Assembly: GCA_963765895.1 (NCBI GenBank)
Contig: CAVXZB010000024.1
Coordinates: 128,001 to 192,000 of the forward strand
Source: an uncultured Nitrososphaeraceae archaeon
Lineage (GTDB): Archaea > Thermoproteota > Nitrososphaeria > Nitrososphaerales > Nitrososphaeraceae
DNA length: 64,000 nt
Direction of reading: 5' to 3'
Shown in pieces: positions 19,856 to 30,419 of the stretch. The number at the start of each line of letters is the position of its first letter. Positions within the stretch are counted from its first letter, which is position 1. Position numbers and translations under genes: made by a program. The notes below the pieces were generated by a model, which had not been told where the DNA came from, did no database searches, and saw only the letters and a program-made list of their open reading frames with translations.

Positions 19856-21080
19856 TTACTCCTTTGCCTTTAGATTTGGATATACATTATTAAGTATCTT
19901 TCTTTCCAGCCGATCGTCCAAGTATAGCTCCAATATATCACCCATTCTAAGATCCTTAAGTCCTCGGGCCAATTTTTCGGCTTCATGATTGCTTGTTTCT
20001 AATCCAAGTAAAGACAAAAGATAAGCTCGCTCCATTTTTGCCTGCAAGCTCGCCAAATACTATTTTTCGCCTATTCCCAACTATTCTCGGCTCGATAATC
20101 TCGTATGCAGAGGGATCTCGTAATATCGCAGCGAGATGAGTACCCGCCTTATGCTTATATGCGCTATCTCCCACAATTGGTTTCGACTCAGGAACCTCCA
20201 ATCCTGTATAAAGCGAAATAGTCTTTGACAGATCCTTCAACATGTGTAATCTGAGGTCATTGTTAGATTTGTAAATTAGCATCAAAGCTACTGCAGTCTC
20301 AGCCAGCGACGGAATGCCTGTTCGCTCTCCTAATCCATCTATTGTAGTATGTATTTGATTTGCTCCTGCATCACAGCCCGCCAGTGCATTTGCCAATGCA
20401 AGTCCCAAATCATTGTGACAGTGAACGTCTAGCAAGCTAGTCGACGTGTCAATGCTTTGGTAAACACGACTAACAAGATTATACATGCCCTTTGGTCTCA
20501 TTATGCCAACAGTATCCGGAATGCTTATCCTTTCTATTTTTCGATTGTTCATTTCCTTGCACATATCAATAAGAAATGAAGGATCCGTTCGACTGGCGTC
20601 CTCCATTGTGAAACGAGCCTTTAAACCATGTGATTTTATGTAGTCTGCAACATCTAAAGCCCTATTTTTTGCTTCTTCCCTTGATATTTTTAATTTCGAG
20701 GACAAATGAATATCGGAAATCCCCATGTACGTAGCTACCCATTGGGCATCGCAACTGAGTGCAACGTCAATATCAGATTTCATTGCCCTCACATGGGCTA
20801 AGATATCTGCCTTCAGTCCTTGCTTTATGATTGTCTTTGTAGAAATAAAATGATCAGGTGAAACGACCGGGCTTATCTCAATCTGATTGACACCAAAGGA
20901 ATCAAGCATCCATGCAATTTGAATTCGCTGTTTTGTAGTAAATGAAACACCGGGATGTTGTTCGCCTTCCCTAAGCGTTGAGTCTAGTATTTGAATATTG
21001 TCAAGTTCCTTATCTGATTCATTATAGATATACGCATAATGGTTCGGATCTGACGGTTTTAGTGACATTTTCTTATCCAT
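19856..21080 (-). CDS. Homocitrate synthase / LeuA family; +1 frameshift at ~20028
   Basis: DSTLREGEQ, PDTVG, HCHNDLG, GLGERTG, HKAGTH; GKNGA continues as AYLLSLLGLE in another frame. Confidence 0.88.
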
Positions 21081-21201
21081 TAGACTTATTTTCGTATAAA
21101 TATAAACCTTATCGCAATATGGAACAATCGATGATTTCTAGCATAAGATAGAATCTGATACAATAGATATTCTTACCACTTTTAACCTACTAACGCCTAT
21201 A

Positions 21202-21627
21202 CTAGCGAATGGTTCTTAGGACTATAACGGTATTAGTATCGGCTACTCCTTCAGTCCTACGAACGTCATCGATACATCGATTAATTTCGGCGATCGAAGT
21301 GGATGAAATTATAGCTGCTATGTCATACTGGCCAGTAATTTCGTAGATAGTTTGGACGCCCGTTAGTTTCATCAAATTGGCTGAAACTGTAGAGGTGTCA
21401 GATGTTGAACTGACTGAAATTAGAGTTATTGCACTTGTCTTGTCAGCACTCTGTGTTGCAATGGTAAACTTCGTTATAATTCCACTTTGTGTCAAATTCT
21501 TTACTCGTCTTCGAACAGCCGACTCTGAATAGCCGATTTCGTTTGCAATGTCTACAAAGGACTTTCTCGCATCCTCTTGAAGGATCTTGATTATCTTCTC
21601 ATCTATAGAATCCTGCTTATTTGACAT
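21202..21627 (-). CDS. lysM: Lrp/AsnC-family regulator LysM
   Basis: HTH DARKSFVDIA..SESAVRRRV; YEITGQYD; operon context. Confidence 0.88.
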   Translation of the reverse strand: MSNKQDSIDEKIIKILQEDARKSFVDIANEIGYSESAVRRRVKNLTQSGIITKFTIATQSADKTSAITLISVSSTSDTSTVSANLMKLTGVQTIYEITGQYDIAAIISSTSIAEINRCIDDVRRTEGVADTNTVIVLRTIR

Positions 21628-22798
21628 TTTTTCTTTCCTCTTCCTTGGTGAGTAATTTATCTATCTTTTCCAGTGCAGATGAGACCATAGATTCATCTAT
21701 CACTAGCGGTGGCAACAACCTAATAATATTTCTTCCAGAGTAAAGCATTAGTATCCCATTTTTTATGCCATCAAGCAATAGATCTCTGACGTCAAACCGG
21801 AGTTCTATCGCAATCATCAGTCCTAATCCTCTTATTTCCCTAACTATTTTGTGCTTATCCTTCAAGCCATGTAGTCCATCCTTAAAGTACTTGCCTATTT
21901 TGGCTGCGTTATCTACTAGTCTGTCTTCAACTAACGCATCTAGAGCCGCCGAAGCTGCGGTACACGCTACAGGATTGCCAGCAAATGTAGAAGAGTGTTC
22001 CCCTATCTTCATAGAATCAATTATTTCTGGCTTGGTTAGAGTGAGAGCCATCGGTATACCACCACCAATTCCCTTAGCTAGACACATGATATCTGGAATG
22101 GTCTTCCAGTGTTCTCCGGCCCACATTTTGCCAGTTCTTCCCAGTCCAGATTGGATTTCATCATAAATTAGAACTATTTTTCGACTCGTACAGAATTCCC
22201 GAATTCTTTGTAATAATCCATCCGGCGGGATTATGATACCTGTCTCACCTTGAATCGGTTCTAATATTACTGTCCCGATCGAGTCGTTTATTTCCTCACC
22301 CAACCTTGCTAGATCATTGTAAGGAACGAATTTTACCAGATCCAAAAGCGGCATAAATGGCTTACGGTACTTTTCGTTGTATGTAACGGAAAGTGCGCCT
22401 AGAGTTTTGCCGTGGTAGCCACCTGCCATTGCAATTATTCCGGCCTTTCCAGTATATTTTCGAGCGAATTTTAGGGCTGCCTCAACTGATTCAGCACCGC
22501 TATTGCTAAAGGCTACTTTCGAGAGCCCAGCAGGGGAGATCTTTGCTAATTTTTCCAAAAACTCCAATCGAGTATCGTTATAGGCCGACATATGACAAAC
22601 GATGAGCTTTTCAACTTGGCTCTTAATTGCTCGAACTACTCTATCGTTACAATGCCCTACTAGGGCTACACCGTACCCGGCCATACAATCGATATATTCT
22701 CTCCCTTCATCGTCCCAGACTTTGGCGCCCTTTCCACGTGATATGTTTATGGGAAATCTTTGATACAGATTTCCCATAAATCGATCTTCAGAATTCAT
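21617..22798 (-). CDS. lysJ: [LysW]-aminoadipate/glutamate semialdehyde aminotransferase (class III)
   Basis: NSGAESVE, YHGKT, EPIQGE, DEIQSGLGRTG, AKGIGGG. Confidence 0.9.
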   Translation of the reverse strand: MNSEDRFMGNLYQRFPINISRGKGAKVWDDEGREYIDCMAGYGVALVGHCNDRVVRAIKSQVEKLIVCHMSAYNDTRLEFLEKLAKISPAGLSKVAFSNSGAESVEAALKFARKYTGKAGIIAMAGGYHGKTLGALSVTYNEKYRKPFMPLLDLVKFVPYNDLARLGEEINDSIGTVILEPIQGETGIIIPPDGLLQRIREFCTSRKIVLIYDEIQSGLGRTGKMWAGEHWKTIPDIMCLAKGIGGGIPMALTLTKPEIIDSMKIGEHSSTFAGNPVACTAASAALDALVEDRLVDNAAKIGKYFKDGLHGLKDKHKIVREIRGLGLMIAIELRFDVRDLLLDGIKNGILMLYSGRNIIRLLPPLVIDESMVSSALEKIDKLLTKEEERKNVK

Positions 22799-23601
22799 CT
22801 TTGAGTGATTACAGTACATTGATTATGAGAAAGGCATGCGGAGATAGGATTTTCAATTAATCCCGATCCGATAATAGATTCATTCACGCCCATTTCCAGT
22901 GCCTCAGTGCACGCTAACAGCTTCTTTTCCATCCCAAATCCGATTGAAGGCAATAATTCCTTGGCCCGTTCTAACGTCATATTTGAAATAACTTCGCTAT
23001 TTATGATCAAACCTTTGACATCAGTCATAAACAATATCTTATCGGCTTTTAATCCACCTGCTATGTATGCAGCCGCCCTGTCTCCATCTATATTGAGAAA
23101 TTCAAAATCATCACTTAGTGCGATAGGTGAGATAACAGGAACATACCCTTCCTTCACAAGAAGATCGACTAATGAAGGATCTATATCGCGTATTTTACCT
23201 GTATAACCTCCTTCAATTATCATCTTCCTACCTTTCTCATTTATTATAACAAGCTTTTTCTTCCGGTCTGCCTTTATGGTAACTCCATCAATCCCAGATA
23301 TCCCGACCGCCTTTATACCGTATCGTATAAGCATGCCCACGATCATCTTGTTAATCTTTCCAGACATTACCATAGTGTATATTTCAATTGTTTCTTTATC
23401 TGTATATCTACTCCTGACCCCTTGTGGCGAAACTATGAACCTTTGCTCCTTACCAAGTTTGGTCGCTATATTAGTAACATCTTTTCCACCGCCGTGAACA
23501 ATCACTATTTTTTCGTTTTTCATGATTTGTCTTACATCCGGAAAGGTACTAGGATGTAAACGATCTGATACGACACTACCACCTAGTTTTATGACTATCA
23601 T
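22795..23601 (-). CDS. lysZ: [LysW]-aminoadipate/glutamate kinase
   Basis: VIKLGGS, VHGGG, SPQGVRSRYTD, GGYTGK, NIDGDRAA. Confidence 0.92.
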   Translation of the reverse strand: MIVIKLGGSVVSDRLHPSTFPDVRQIMKNEKIVIVHGGGKDVTNIATKLGKEQRFIVSPQGVRSRYTDKETIEIYTMVMSGKINKMIVGMLIRYGIKAVGISGIDGVTIKADRKKKLVIINEKGRKMIIEGGYTGKIRDIDPSLVDLLVKEGYVPVISPIALSDDFEFLNIDGDRAAAYIAGGLKADKILFMTDVKGLIINSEVISNMTLERAKELLPSIGFGMEKKLLACTEALEMGVNESIIGSGLIENPISACLSHNQCTVITQR

Positions 23602-24650
23602 ACTGGAGTAACTGGAGTGTGTTTAAGACCATCAGTTTCATCATATGCTAACATGACATTCATATTCTGAATTGCCGAGCCGGCAGCTCCTTTAACTAAA
23701 TTATCTGATGCCGACAGCGCAACAAGTCTTTGATTCTCCTCGTCGACTTCGAATCCCAAATCACAGAAATTAGATCCGATTAAAAACTTTGGATCTGGGA
23801 ATTTGTATAATCCTTTTTTATCACGGATAAATCTGATAAACGGTTCATTCTTGTATGAAGTTCTATAAATTTTCCAGAGATCAATCTCAGGTACTGTTCG
23901 CTTTAAGAAGGTATGATTAGTGGTCAAAATCCCTCGTACAACATTTACTGCATGTGGTGTCATACCTATTCTGATCGCTCTCTTGGCAACTAGGGCTAAT
24001 TCCTGTTCAATTTCTCCTGTATGCCTATGTTTCACTGGTTTGTAAGGACGAATTACACCGTAACGCATGGCATGATGAGTGCCAGCATTTGCTTTAGATC
24101 CTGCACCAGAAGATCCTATTTTACTATCGACAATAATATGATCGGTATCTATCAAATCATTTGCAATCAAGGGTTTTATTGCAAGAAGAGATGTGACAGC
24201 CATGCAGCCAGGGCAAGATACCAATTGAGCTCGTTTGATATCGGCCCGATGAAACTCTGGCACGCCATAAACAGATTTTGAGAGTAATTCAGGAAACGGA
24301 TGTTCCCATCCGTACCACTTTACATAATCCTTTGGATTCTTCAAACGGAAGTCAGCTGATAAATCTACGATCTTAATTCCTAGGTCGTAAAGGTCTTTCA
24401 CGATCTCCTTTGACTTACCATGAGGCAGAGCAGTGAATACCAAGTCGCATGTATTACCAAGTCTATCTATACTCATGTCAGAAAATGTGATATCTATGAA
24501 TCCCTTTAGACTAGGATGTATTCTGTGCACATATTCACCAGCCTTCTGTCTAGAAGTAACAGTACTTAATTCAATCTTTGGATGACCTACTAGAAGGCGC
24601 AATAGCTCACCGCCTACATATCCAGATGCTCCTACTACACCAACTCTCAT
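23598..24650 (-). CDS. lysY: [LysW]-phosphate reductase (LysY/ArgC)
   Basis: GASGYVGGE, DLSADFR, PGC, HRHTGE, DNLVKGAAG. Confidence 0.92.
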   Translation of the reverse strand: MRVGVVGASGYVGGELLRLLVGHPKIELSTVTSRQKAGEYVHRIHPSLKGFIDITFSDMSIDRLGNTCDLVFTALPHGKSKEIVKDLYDLGIKIVDLSADFRLKNPKDYVKWYGWEHPFPELLSKSVYGVPEFHRADIKRAQLVSCPGCMAVTSLLAIKPLIANDLIDTDHIIVDSKIGSSGAGSKANAGTHHAMRYGVIRPYKPVKHRHTGEIEQELALVAKRAIRIGMTPHAVNVVRGILTTNHTFLKRTVPEIDLWKIYRTSYKNEPFIRFIRDKKGLYKFPDPKFLIGSNFCDLGFEVDEENQRLVALSASDNLVKGAAGSAIQNMNVMLAYDETDGLKHTPVTPV

Positions 24651-24790
24651 GCTATTTATTTCTACCCTGTTTCCTCGTTTAGCTTCTTATGAATTTTGTT
24701 ATACAGCAACAGTTTCACTTTCACTTTTACTTCCATTGATATGTGCGAGACATACTGTTGGATAATCTTCATATGACCTGATGGCTGCAA

Positions 24791-25651
24791 CTAGTTCCTT
24801 GCGGATTCAATGCTGTAATCTATTATGGCATTTGCGATATCAGTTTTAGCAACCTTAGAAGCCCCATGAAATTCAACAGTGTTATTAATTTCGTGTACTA
24901 ACAGACCTCTCGTATCATCTTCCATTAGGTCGACTCCCAATACCCCGCCTCCTACCACCCTAGCCGCCTTCAGAGTAATATCTTCTAACTCCTTTGTAAT
25001 CAATGCCTCTTCTGTTCGACCTCCTCTTGCAATATTCGTCCTCCATTCCTTGTTCGCCGAATACCTATAGACCGCTGCAATAACTCGATCTCCCACTACT
25101 ATACATCTAAGATCACGAGGCGGTCTCTTAACCATTTCCTGGATATAATATATACGGGATAGGGGATTGTCATCCTCCTCCCTTAATTCTACGATCATAT
25201 TCGCAGCTTCATTATCTCGCAAAGGAAATACACCTCGCCCCCACGAGCCAACTATTGGCTTAACTACTAGAGGAAAGCCAGTTTTGTTAATTAAATTTAA
25301 TAATGATTCAGAGCTGAAAGCGAAATGAGTAGTAGGAGTTGGTATATTTTGTTTGGCAAGCATAATTGAAGTTAGTAATTTATTTCCGCATATTTCACCT
25401 ACTTTGAAGCTATTGATGACTAAAAATCCTAAAAATTCAAGACATGCAGTTAAGTATAGTCCTCTGTAATGGCTTATACTTCTTTGTAGGACAATATCGC
25501 CTAACTCTAAGTCATTTTTTTTGCTATTAGTACCAATATTGATGCTCTTTGCATCTATAATCTGCGTTTTTAAACCTCTCATTCTAGCTTTGTCATATAA
25601 TTCCTTTTCTTCAAAGCGAACTTTGTCGTAAATAATGCAGAGTTTGACCAT
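24791..25651 (-). CDS. argX: Glutamate--LysW ligase, ArgX/LysX paralogue
   Basis: ATP-grasp with GSWGRG and EINNTVEF; next to argG and the second lysW; substrate specificity is inferred from context only. Confidence 0.8.
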   Translation of the reverse strand: MVKLCIIYDKVRFEEKELYDKARMRGLKTQIIDAKSINIGTNSKKNDLELGDIVLQRSISHYRGLYLTACLEFLGFLVINSFKVGEICGNKLLTSIMLAKQNIPTPTTHFAFSSESLLNLINKTGFPLVVKPIVGSWGRGVFPLRDNEAANMIVELREEDDNPLSRIYYIQEMVKRPPRDLRCIVVGDRVIAAVYRYSANKEWRTNIARGGRTEEALITKELEDITLKAARVVGGGVLGVDLMEDDTRGLLVHEINNTVEFHGASKVAKTDIANAIIDYSIESARN

Positions 25652-25837
25652 CTACTGTCCCCAATCTTCTCCAATGGATTCTGCCGGTTTTACCTCTATT
25701 TTTTGTTCCGATTTTTCGGTTATTTCAAAATTTGCACCGCAGTCAGGGCAGGTTATGATTTCGCCTACCATTGCGTCACTAGGAATGTTGATTTCGGCTC
25801 CACAGTCATTACAGTCTTTCTTCATATTCGCTTTCAT
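25652..25837 (-). CDS. lysW: Second LysW/ArgW carrier protein
   Basis: CNDC..CPDCG..ESIGEDWGQ. Confidence 0.92.
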   Translation of the reverse strand: MKANMKKDCNDCGAEINIPSDAMVGEIITCPDCGANFEITEKSEQKIEVKPAESIGEDWGQ

Positions 25838-27036
25838 CTCCTATTCTGAGATCTGTTTTCGCATATAGAGTTTGCAATTATTGATTGCAAACCCCATAAT
25901 TCAGAGAAGCCCTTCGCCAGATTTTGATCAAATGTAGAACCGGTATCATATGTTGCAAGCGATTCCTTATATATTGAATACATTGATTCCCTTCCTACCA
26001 CTCGCATCGAACCTCTGTGAATCCGTAACTTGACCTTTCCAGTTACCTTTTCCTGAGAGGATTCTACAAATCTCTCTAGATCGGTTCTAAGAGGTTCCTG
26101 CCAAAGTCCACAATAGACAAGCCATGTCCATTGCTCATCAATCATTTGCTTGAATCGAAGTTGGTGATTTGTGAGGACTAATTTTTCGAGGTCTTTGTGA
26201 GATTCAATAATTGCTATTGCGGCTGGCGCTTCATAAATTTCCCTCGATTTCACGCCAACTACGCGGTCTTCGATGTGATCTATTATCCCCACACCACAAT
26301 TGCCGACAGTCTTATTTAGATCATGTATAATCGTCACCAAATCTCTCTCTTTTCCGTTCAATCCAACAGGAAGACCTTTTTCATACTCTATTTCTATATA
26401 AACCGGATCACTATCCTCTGATCTAACAAAGTGGAACAACTCTTCTGGAGGTTCGCAGTAAGAATCTTCAAGCATCCCTCCTTCAACTGCCCTTCCCCAA
26501 TAGTTGGAATCAATGCTATATTTTTTGGCATCGAGTGAAATTGGTATATTCTCTTCCTTGGCAAATCTTAATTCAATATCTCTAGTCAAATTCATATCTC
26601 TAATTGGCGCGACAATCTTTAAATTTGGATCTAGACTTCGAATAGTCACATCAAATCTGATTTGATCATTTCCCTTTCCGGTACACCCATGGGCAACAAT
26701 CTTGGCGTGTTCCTGATGCGCAATATCTACAAGCTTTGTAGCTATTAGCGGCCTTGCTAGCGCAGTTGCAAGAGGGTACTTTCCCTGATACAGCCCATTT
26801 GCTTGTATTGATGGTGAAATGTAACTTGTAGCGAATTCTTTTTTTGCATCGATATGTATGTGTTTAGTGGCACCTAAGGACATCGCCTTTTGTTCCAGAT
26901 TGGCAAAGTCCTCATCTTGACCAAGGTCTATTGTAAGTGTTACGACGTCTAGATTATTGAGTTTCTGCAAATAACGCACACAAACCGAGGTATCTAATCC
27001 GCCAGAATAGGCTAGTACAACTTTGTTGATTGCCAT
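25834..27036 (-). CDS. argG: Argininosuccinate synthase
   Basis: LAYSGGLDTS, ALARPLI, HGCTGKGNDQ, KSREIYEAP. Confidence 0.96.
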   Translation of the reverse strand: MAINKVVLAYSGGLDTSVCVRYLQKLNNLDVVTLTIDLGQDEDFANLEQKAMSLGATKHIHIDAKKEFATSYISPSIQANGLYQGKYPLATALARPLIATKLVDIAHQEHAKIVAHGCTGKGNDQIRFDVTIRSLDPNLKIVAPIRDMNLTRDIELRFAKEENIPISLDAKKYSIDSNYWGRAVEGGMLEDSYCEPPEELFHFVRSEDSDPVYIEIEYEKGLPVGLNGKERDLVTIIHDLNKTVGNCGVGIIDHIEDRVVGVKSREIYEAPAAIAIIESHKDLEKLVLTNHQLRFKQMIDEQWTWLVYCGLWQEPLRTDLERFVESSQEKVTGKVKLRIHRGSMRVVGRESMYSIYKESLATYDTGSTFDQNLAKGFSELWGLQSIIANSICENRSQNRR

Positions 27037-27084
27037 ACAAGGCGTTCCCAATAGTGACACTACATTTATATTTTATGATCAAGA

Positions 27085-27795
27085 ATGACCAAAATGAATA
27101 ATATTAGACCAACCTTGGTCGGGCAAAAATCGATAACTAGTATTGTGAATGACATCATTGCTACCGACCTATCTTATCAAGACTCCCTTCAAAATAACTA
27201 TTGCAATTTTAGCGGTCTGTCAAGAGTGATCAAACCTGAAATCGAAAGACTGTTGGGAAGGAAAATAAACATGGAAAGCGTTGTCACTGCTATCAAACGA
27301 GCGAGAAAATTATATTACATTCACGATCACGTAATTTCTTCAATCCTGCTTGAGAGTACGATCAGTGTCAAAACTGATGTTGCCAAGATCTCTACTGTCA
27401 AAAGTAAGCGAACAGTAGAGAGGGTTGCAAAGGCACTCACAAAGAATGTCAATAGTTTCATAAGCGTTTCTGAAAGCATCTCATCAATAACTTTGGTTTT
27501 TGACGATAAGCTATTGAATTACGCAAGAGAGCTATTCGCAGATTATGATATATTGGAAATAGATGAAGATTTAGCTGCGATTATAGTGCACAGTCCAGAA
27601 CAAATTATTAAAACACCAGGTTGCGCTATTGCCTTCTATAATCAGATTTCGAGGAGACACATTAACATAGAAGATACGGTAAGCTGTCATACTGATACTA
27701 TAATGATAGTAAAGATGAGCAATGTGGGAGGGGCCTTCGACGCGATTACCAAACTAATTTCTCAAGTGCGGCAATATAGAAACAATAAGCGCTAA
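27085..27795 (+). CDS. ACT-domain protein with an N-terminal helical/HTH-like region, divergent from argG
   Basis: NFSGLSRVIKPEI..ESVVTAIKR; C-terminal SPEQIIKTPG..INIEDTVSCHTDT. Confidence 0.75.
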   Translation: MTKMNNIRPTLVGQKSITSIVNDIIATDLSYQDSLQNNYCNFSGLSRVIKPEIERLLGRKINMESVVTAIKRARKLYYIHDHVISSILLESTISVKTDVAKISTVKSKRTVERVAKALTKNVNSFISVSESISSITLVFDDKLLNYARELFADYDILEIDEDLAAIIVHSPEQIIKTPGCAIAFYNQISRRHINIEDTVSCHTDTIMIVKMSNVGGAFDAITKLISQVRQYRNNKR

Positions 27796-28738
27796 ATGAT
27801 TCTAACATATATAGAACTTGAGCAGCCTATGTATAGGAGATACACGGTAGAGGAAGTAAAGCGGCGCATTATTAATGTGCTCCAAAGCGATAACACCGGA
27901 TTGTCTGGAATAGAGTTAGCACGCAAGACTGGGATAAATAGGATGACAATCACTAAATATTTGGATCTTCTCCATGCCATCGGGTTAATAAAAAAAAAGA
28001 AATTAGGCTCAGTAAATGTGTGGTCACTCGAGCAAGGAGCAGCCGATTTTGCATTTCCTATGGAATATCTTGAAATTCAGCAGAGATTTATGGAAGCAAT
28101 ACTAGTGGGCAATGAAGACTCTGCTCGAAGGATCATGATGAATATAATTAATTCACAGACAGATAGAATAAGGATTTTGTTAGACGTAATTCTGCCAACC
28201 TTAAATACAATAAATGAACTTTACGATAGGAGCAAACTTGGCAAGACAGAAAAAATCTACCTTATCAATACTATTATGGAAATTTCAGAGCTTTTGAAAT
28301 TCAATTTAATAAGAGACGGCAAAAAGCAAGAAGTTTTCGCAATGTCGATAGCTGGCTCCCAAGAAGCAACATATTATGCAAAATTTGCAGCTCTAGCATA
28401 TCAGATGCTTGGTGGATATTCAATCTTCATCGGCAATGTTGAAGACGAACTGGATCCATTTTTTGACATCGATATGCAGCGATTTATCCTTAGGACTTGG
28501 GGCAACAAGTTAGGCTTCATGGTTATAATTATTTGCTCTTCTAAAGAAAAGCTCTTTAAGGTTTTTAGCCACTGCCGCAGTTTCCATCAAGGATAGATTA
28601 AAGGGAAAACTACGGATAGTGGCAATGACTATCCCAGAATTGGAATCACTATCTGAACGCATAGGTGTAGATTTTACAACAAATGATTTGCAATCACTAA
28701 TTAACTGGACTGAGAAAGAGTTGAGAAATGCGAAGTAA
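27796..28738 (+). CDS. HTH regulator with B12-binding cap and Rossmann-like domains; +1 frameshift at ~28549
   Basis: LSGIELARKTGINRMTITKYL HTH; helical cap; removing one A from gaaaag extends the frame ESSLRFLATAAV...ELRNAK to TAA at 28738. Confidence 0.75.
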
Positions 28739-28877
28739 ATTAATTAATTAGAATCAAAACCTGGGGTGCTGTTCATAGGCATATTTCGTCAAACAGCACT
28801 TTTACCTTCATACATTTGCAAGAATTCATCATAACTAATAATCTATATAAGTCAATAAACCAATTCTTACTCTAATC

Positions 28878-30419
28878 GTGGTTAACGGAGACAACTATCA
28901 CGACCGTCACGGAGACAACGGTGAGACAATAGATGTTTCAGCTAATGACGGTGATATATTTAATACCAAATTTAAGGTAGCGTTGACCTCTATTTTATTC
29001 TCTGTTGGGCTGACTGTTTTAAAACTTCTAGTTGGATTTTCTACAAACAGTCTTAGTATATTAACAGAGGCAATGCACTCCGGTCTCGATGTAATAGCTG
29101 CTATTATGACATTGTATGCCATCCATATGGTTGCGCGGCCTCCCGATATGAAGTACACCTATGGCTATGCAAAATTTGAAAGTATTTCAAGCGTTGTTCA
29201 GATTGGTCTCCTGTTCGCAACTGCTACCTGGGTTTGTTACGAGGCATTGGAACGAATATTCTTCAAGGTAGTGCAACCAGAGATAACAATTTTTTCTTTC
29301 GGAATTATGATCATATCCTTGTGTGTGGATTATTTAAGGTATAATACATTGAGCAAGACTGCAAGAAAATTTGGTAGCCAAGCGTTAGAAGCTGACGCTA
29401 TTCATTTCAAGGCAGATATGTTTTCATCAGGGATTGTTATCATCGGCCTAATTCTGGCATCGATTTTTCCGATCGAAAATATTGATGCCTATGTTGCATT
29501 GACTATAGCAGCAATGATAGTTTATACTTCATTGGGACTAGGAAGAAGAACACTCGATATATTGCTTGATAAAGCCCCCAAAGGAGCCTATCAACGTGTA
29601 GTAGAGACTGTTTCTGGGCTGGAGGGAGTAAGTAGTGCTCATGATATACGCGTCAGAAGAATAGGAACAAAGGACTTTGTTGATATGCATATAGAGGTCC
29701 CAAGAACGTGTACGCATGCGATGGCGCACAGGATAGCAACTAAAGTAGAAAACAAGATCAGAGAGGCTTTCCCAAATTCGGATGTTCTAGTGCATGTAGA
29801 TGCAATAGAATCTGGGAATGAGACAATAAGTGATAGGATAAGACTGATTGCGGCTGAAACTGAAGGGATTACTAATATTCATTCCATATACTTTTCGAGG
29901 ATGCAAAATTCAGATCTCGGCAGACGATACAGGGTTATGCATAATGGGGTACGGAATAGAAATACAAGTGCCATTAGTAAAAATACAACATTACTTCATC
30001 TGTATTTAGACGTTCAAATGAATAACACCCTAGGGCTTGAAGCCGCGCACAGAAAGGTCGACGAATTTGAGAGACGCATTAAATTTGAAATTCCCGAAAT
30101 ACTAAATATTACGACGCATATCGAAACCGAAGTCGTCAAAGATGTAACAATTGGAATAGAAAAACAAGCAAATGCTCTTTATTTAGAGAATATTCGAAAA
30201 TCGGCCACTTCGGTCTCAGGAGTTATTGATTGCGAAGATATTGGTATAATAGATATGAATCATGATATCCATATAACTTTGACAATAAGGATTGAAACAT
30301 TTCACGATGGCGGTGTAACTACGATAGAAGATGCACACAAAATTGCTACATCTGTTCAGAATTTGATAATTAGAAAAACAGGGGCTGCTAGGGTTATAGT
30401 ACATACAGAACCATCTTGA
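28878..30419 (+). CDS. Cation diffusion facilitator with three tandem C-terminal dimerisation domains
   Basis: EAMHSGLD, YGYAKFE, ADAIHFKAD; three ..AH.IA..VE...HxD/E repeats. Confidence 0.9.
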   Translation: MVNGDNYHDRHGDNGETIDVSANDGDIFNTKFKVALTSILFSVGLTVLKLLVGFSTNSLSILTEAMHSGLDVIAAIMTLYAIHMVARPPDMKYTYGYAKFESISSVVQIGLLFATATWVCYEALERIFFKVVQPEITIFSFGIMIISLCVDYLRYNTLSKTARKFGSQALEADAIHFKADMFSSGIVIIGLILASIFPIENIDAYVALTIAAMIVYTSLGLGRRTLDILLDKAPKGAYQRVVETVSGLEGVSSAHDIRVRRIGTKDFVDMHIEVPRTCTHAMAHRIATKVENKIREAFPNSDVLVHVDAIESGNETISDRIRLIAAETEGITNIHSIYFSRMQNSDLGRRYRVMHNGVRNRNTSAISKNTTLLHLYLDVQMNNTLGLEAAHRKVDEFERRIKFEIPEILNITTHIETEVVKDVTIGIEKQANALYLENIRKSATSVSGVIDCEDIGIIDMNHDIHITLTIRIETFHDGGVTTIEDAHKIATSVQNLIIRKTGAARVIVHTEPS

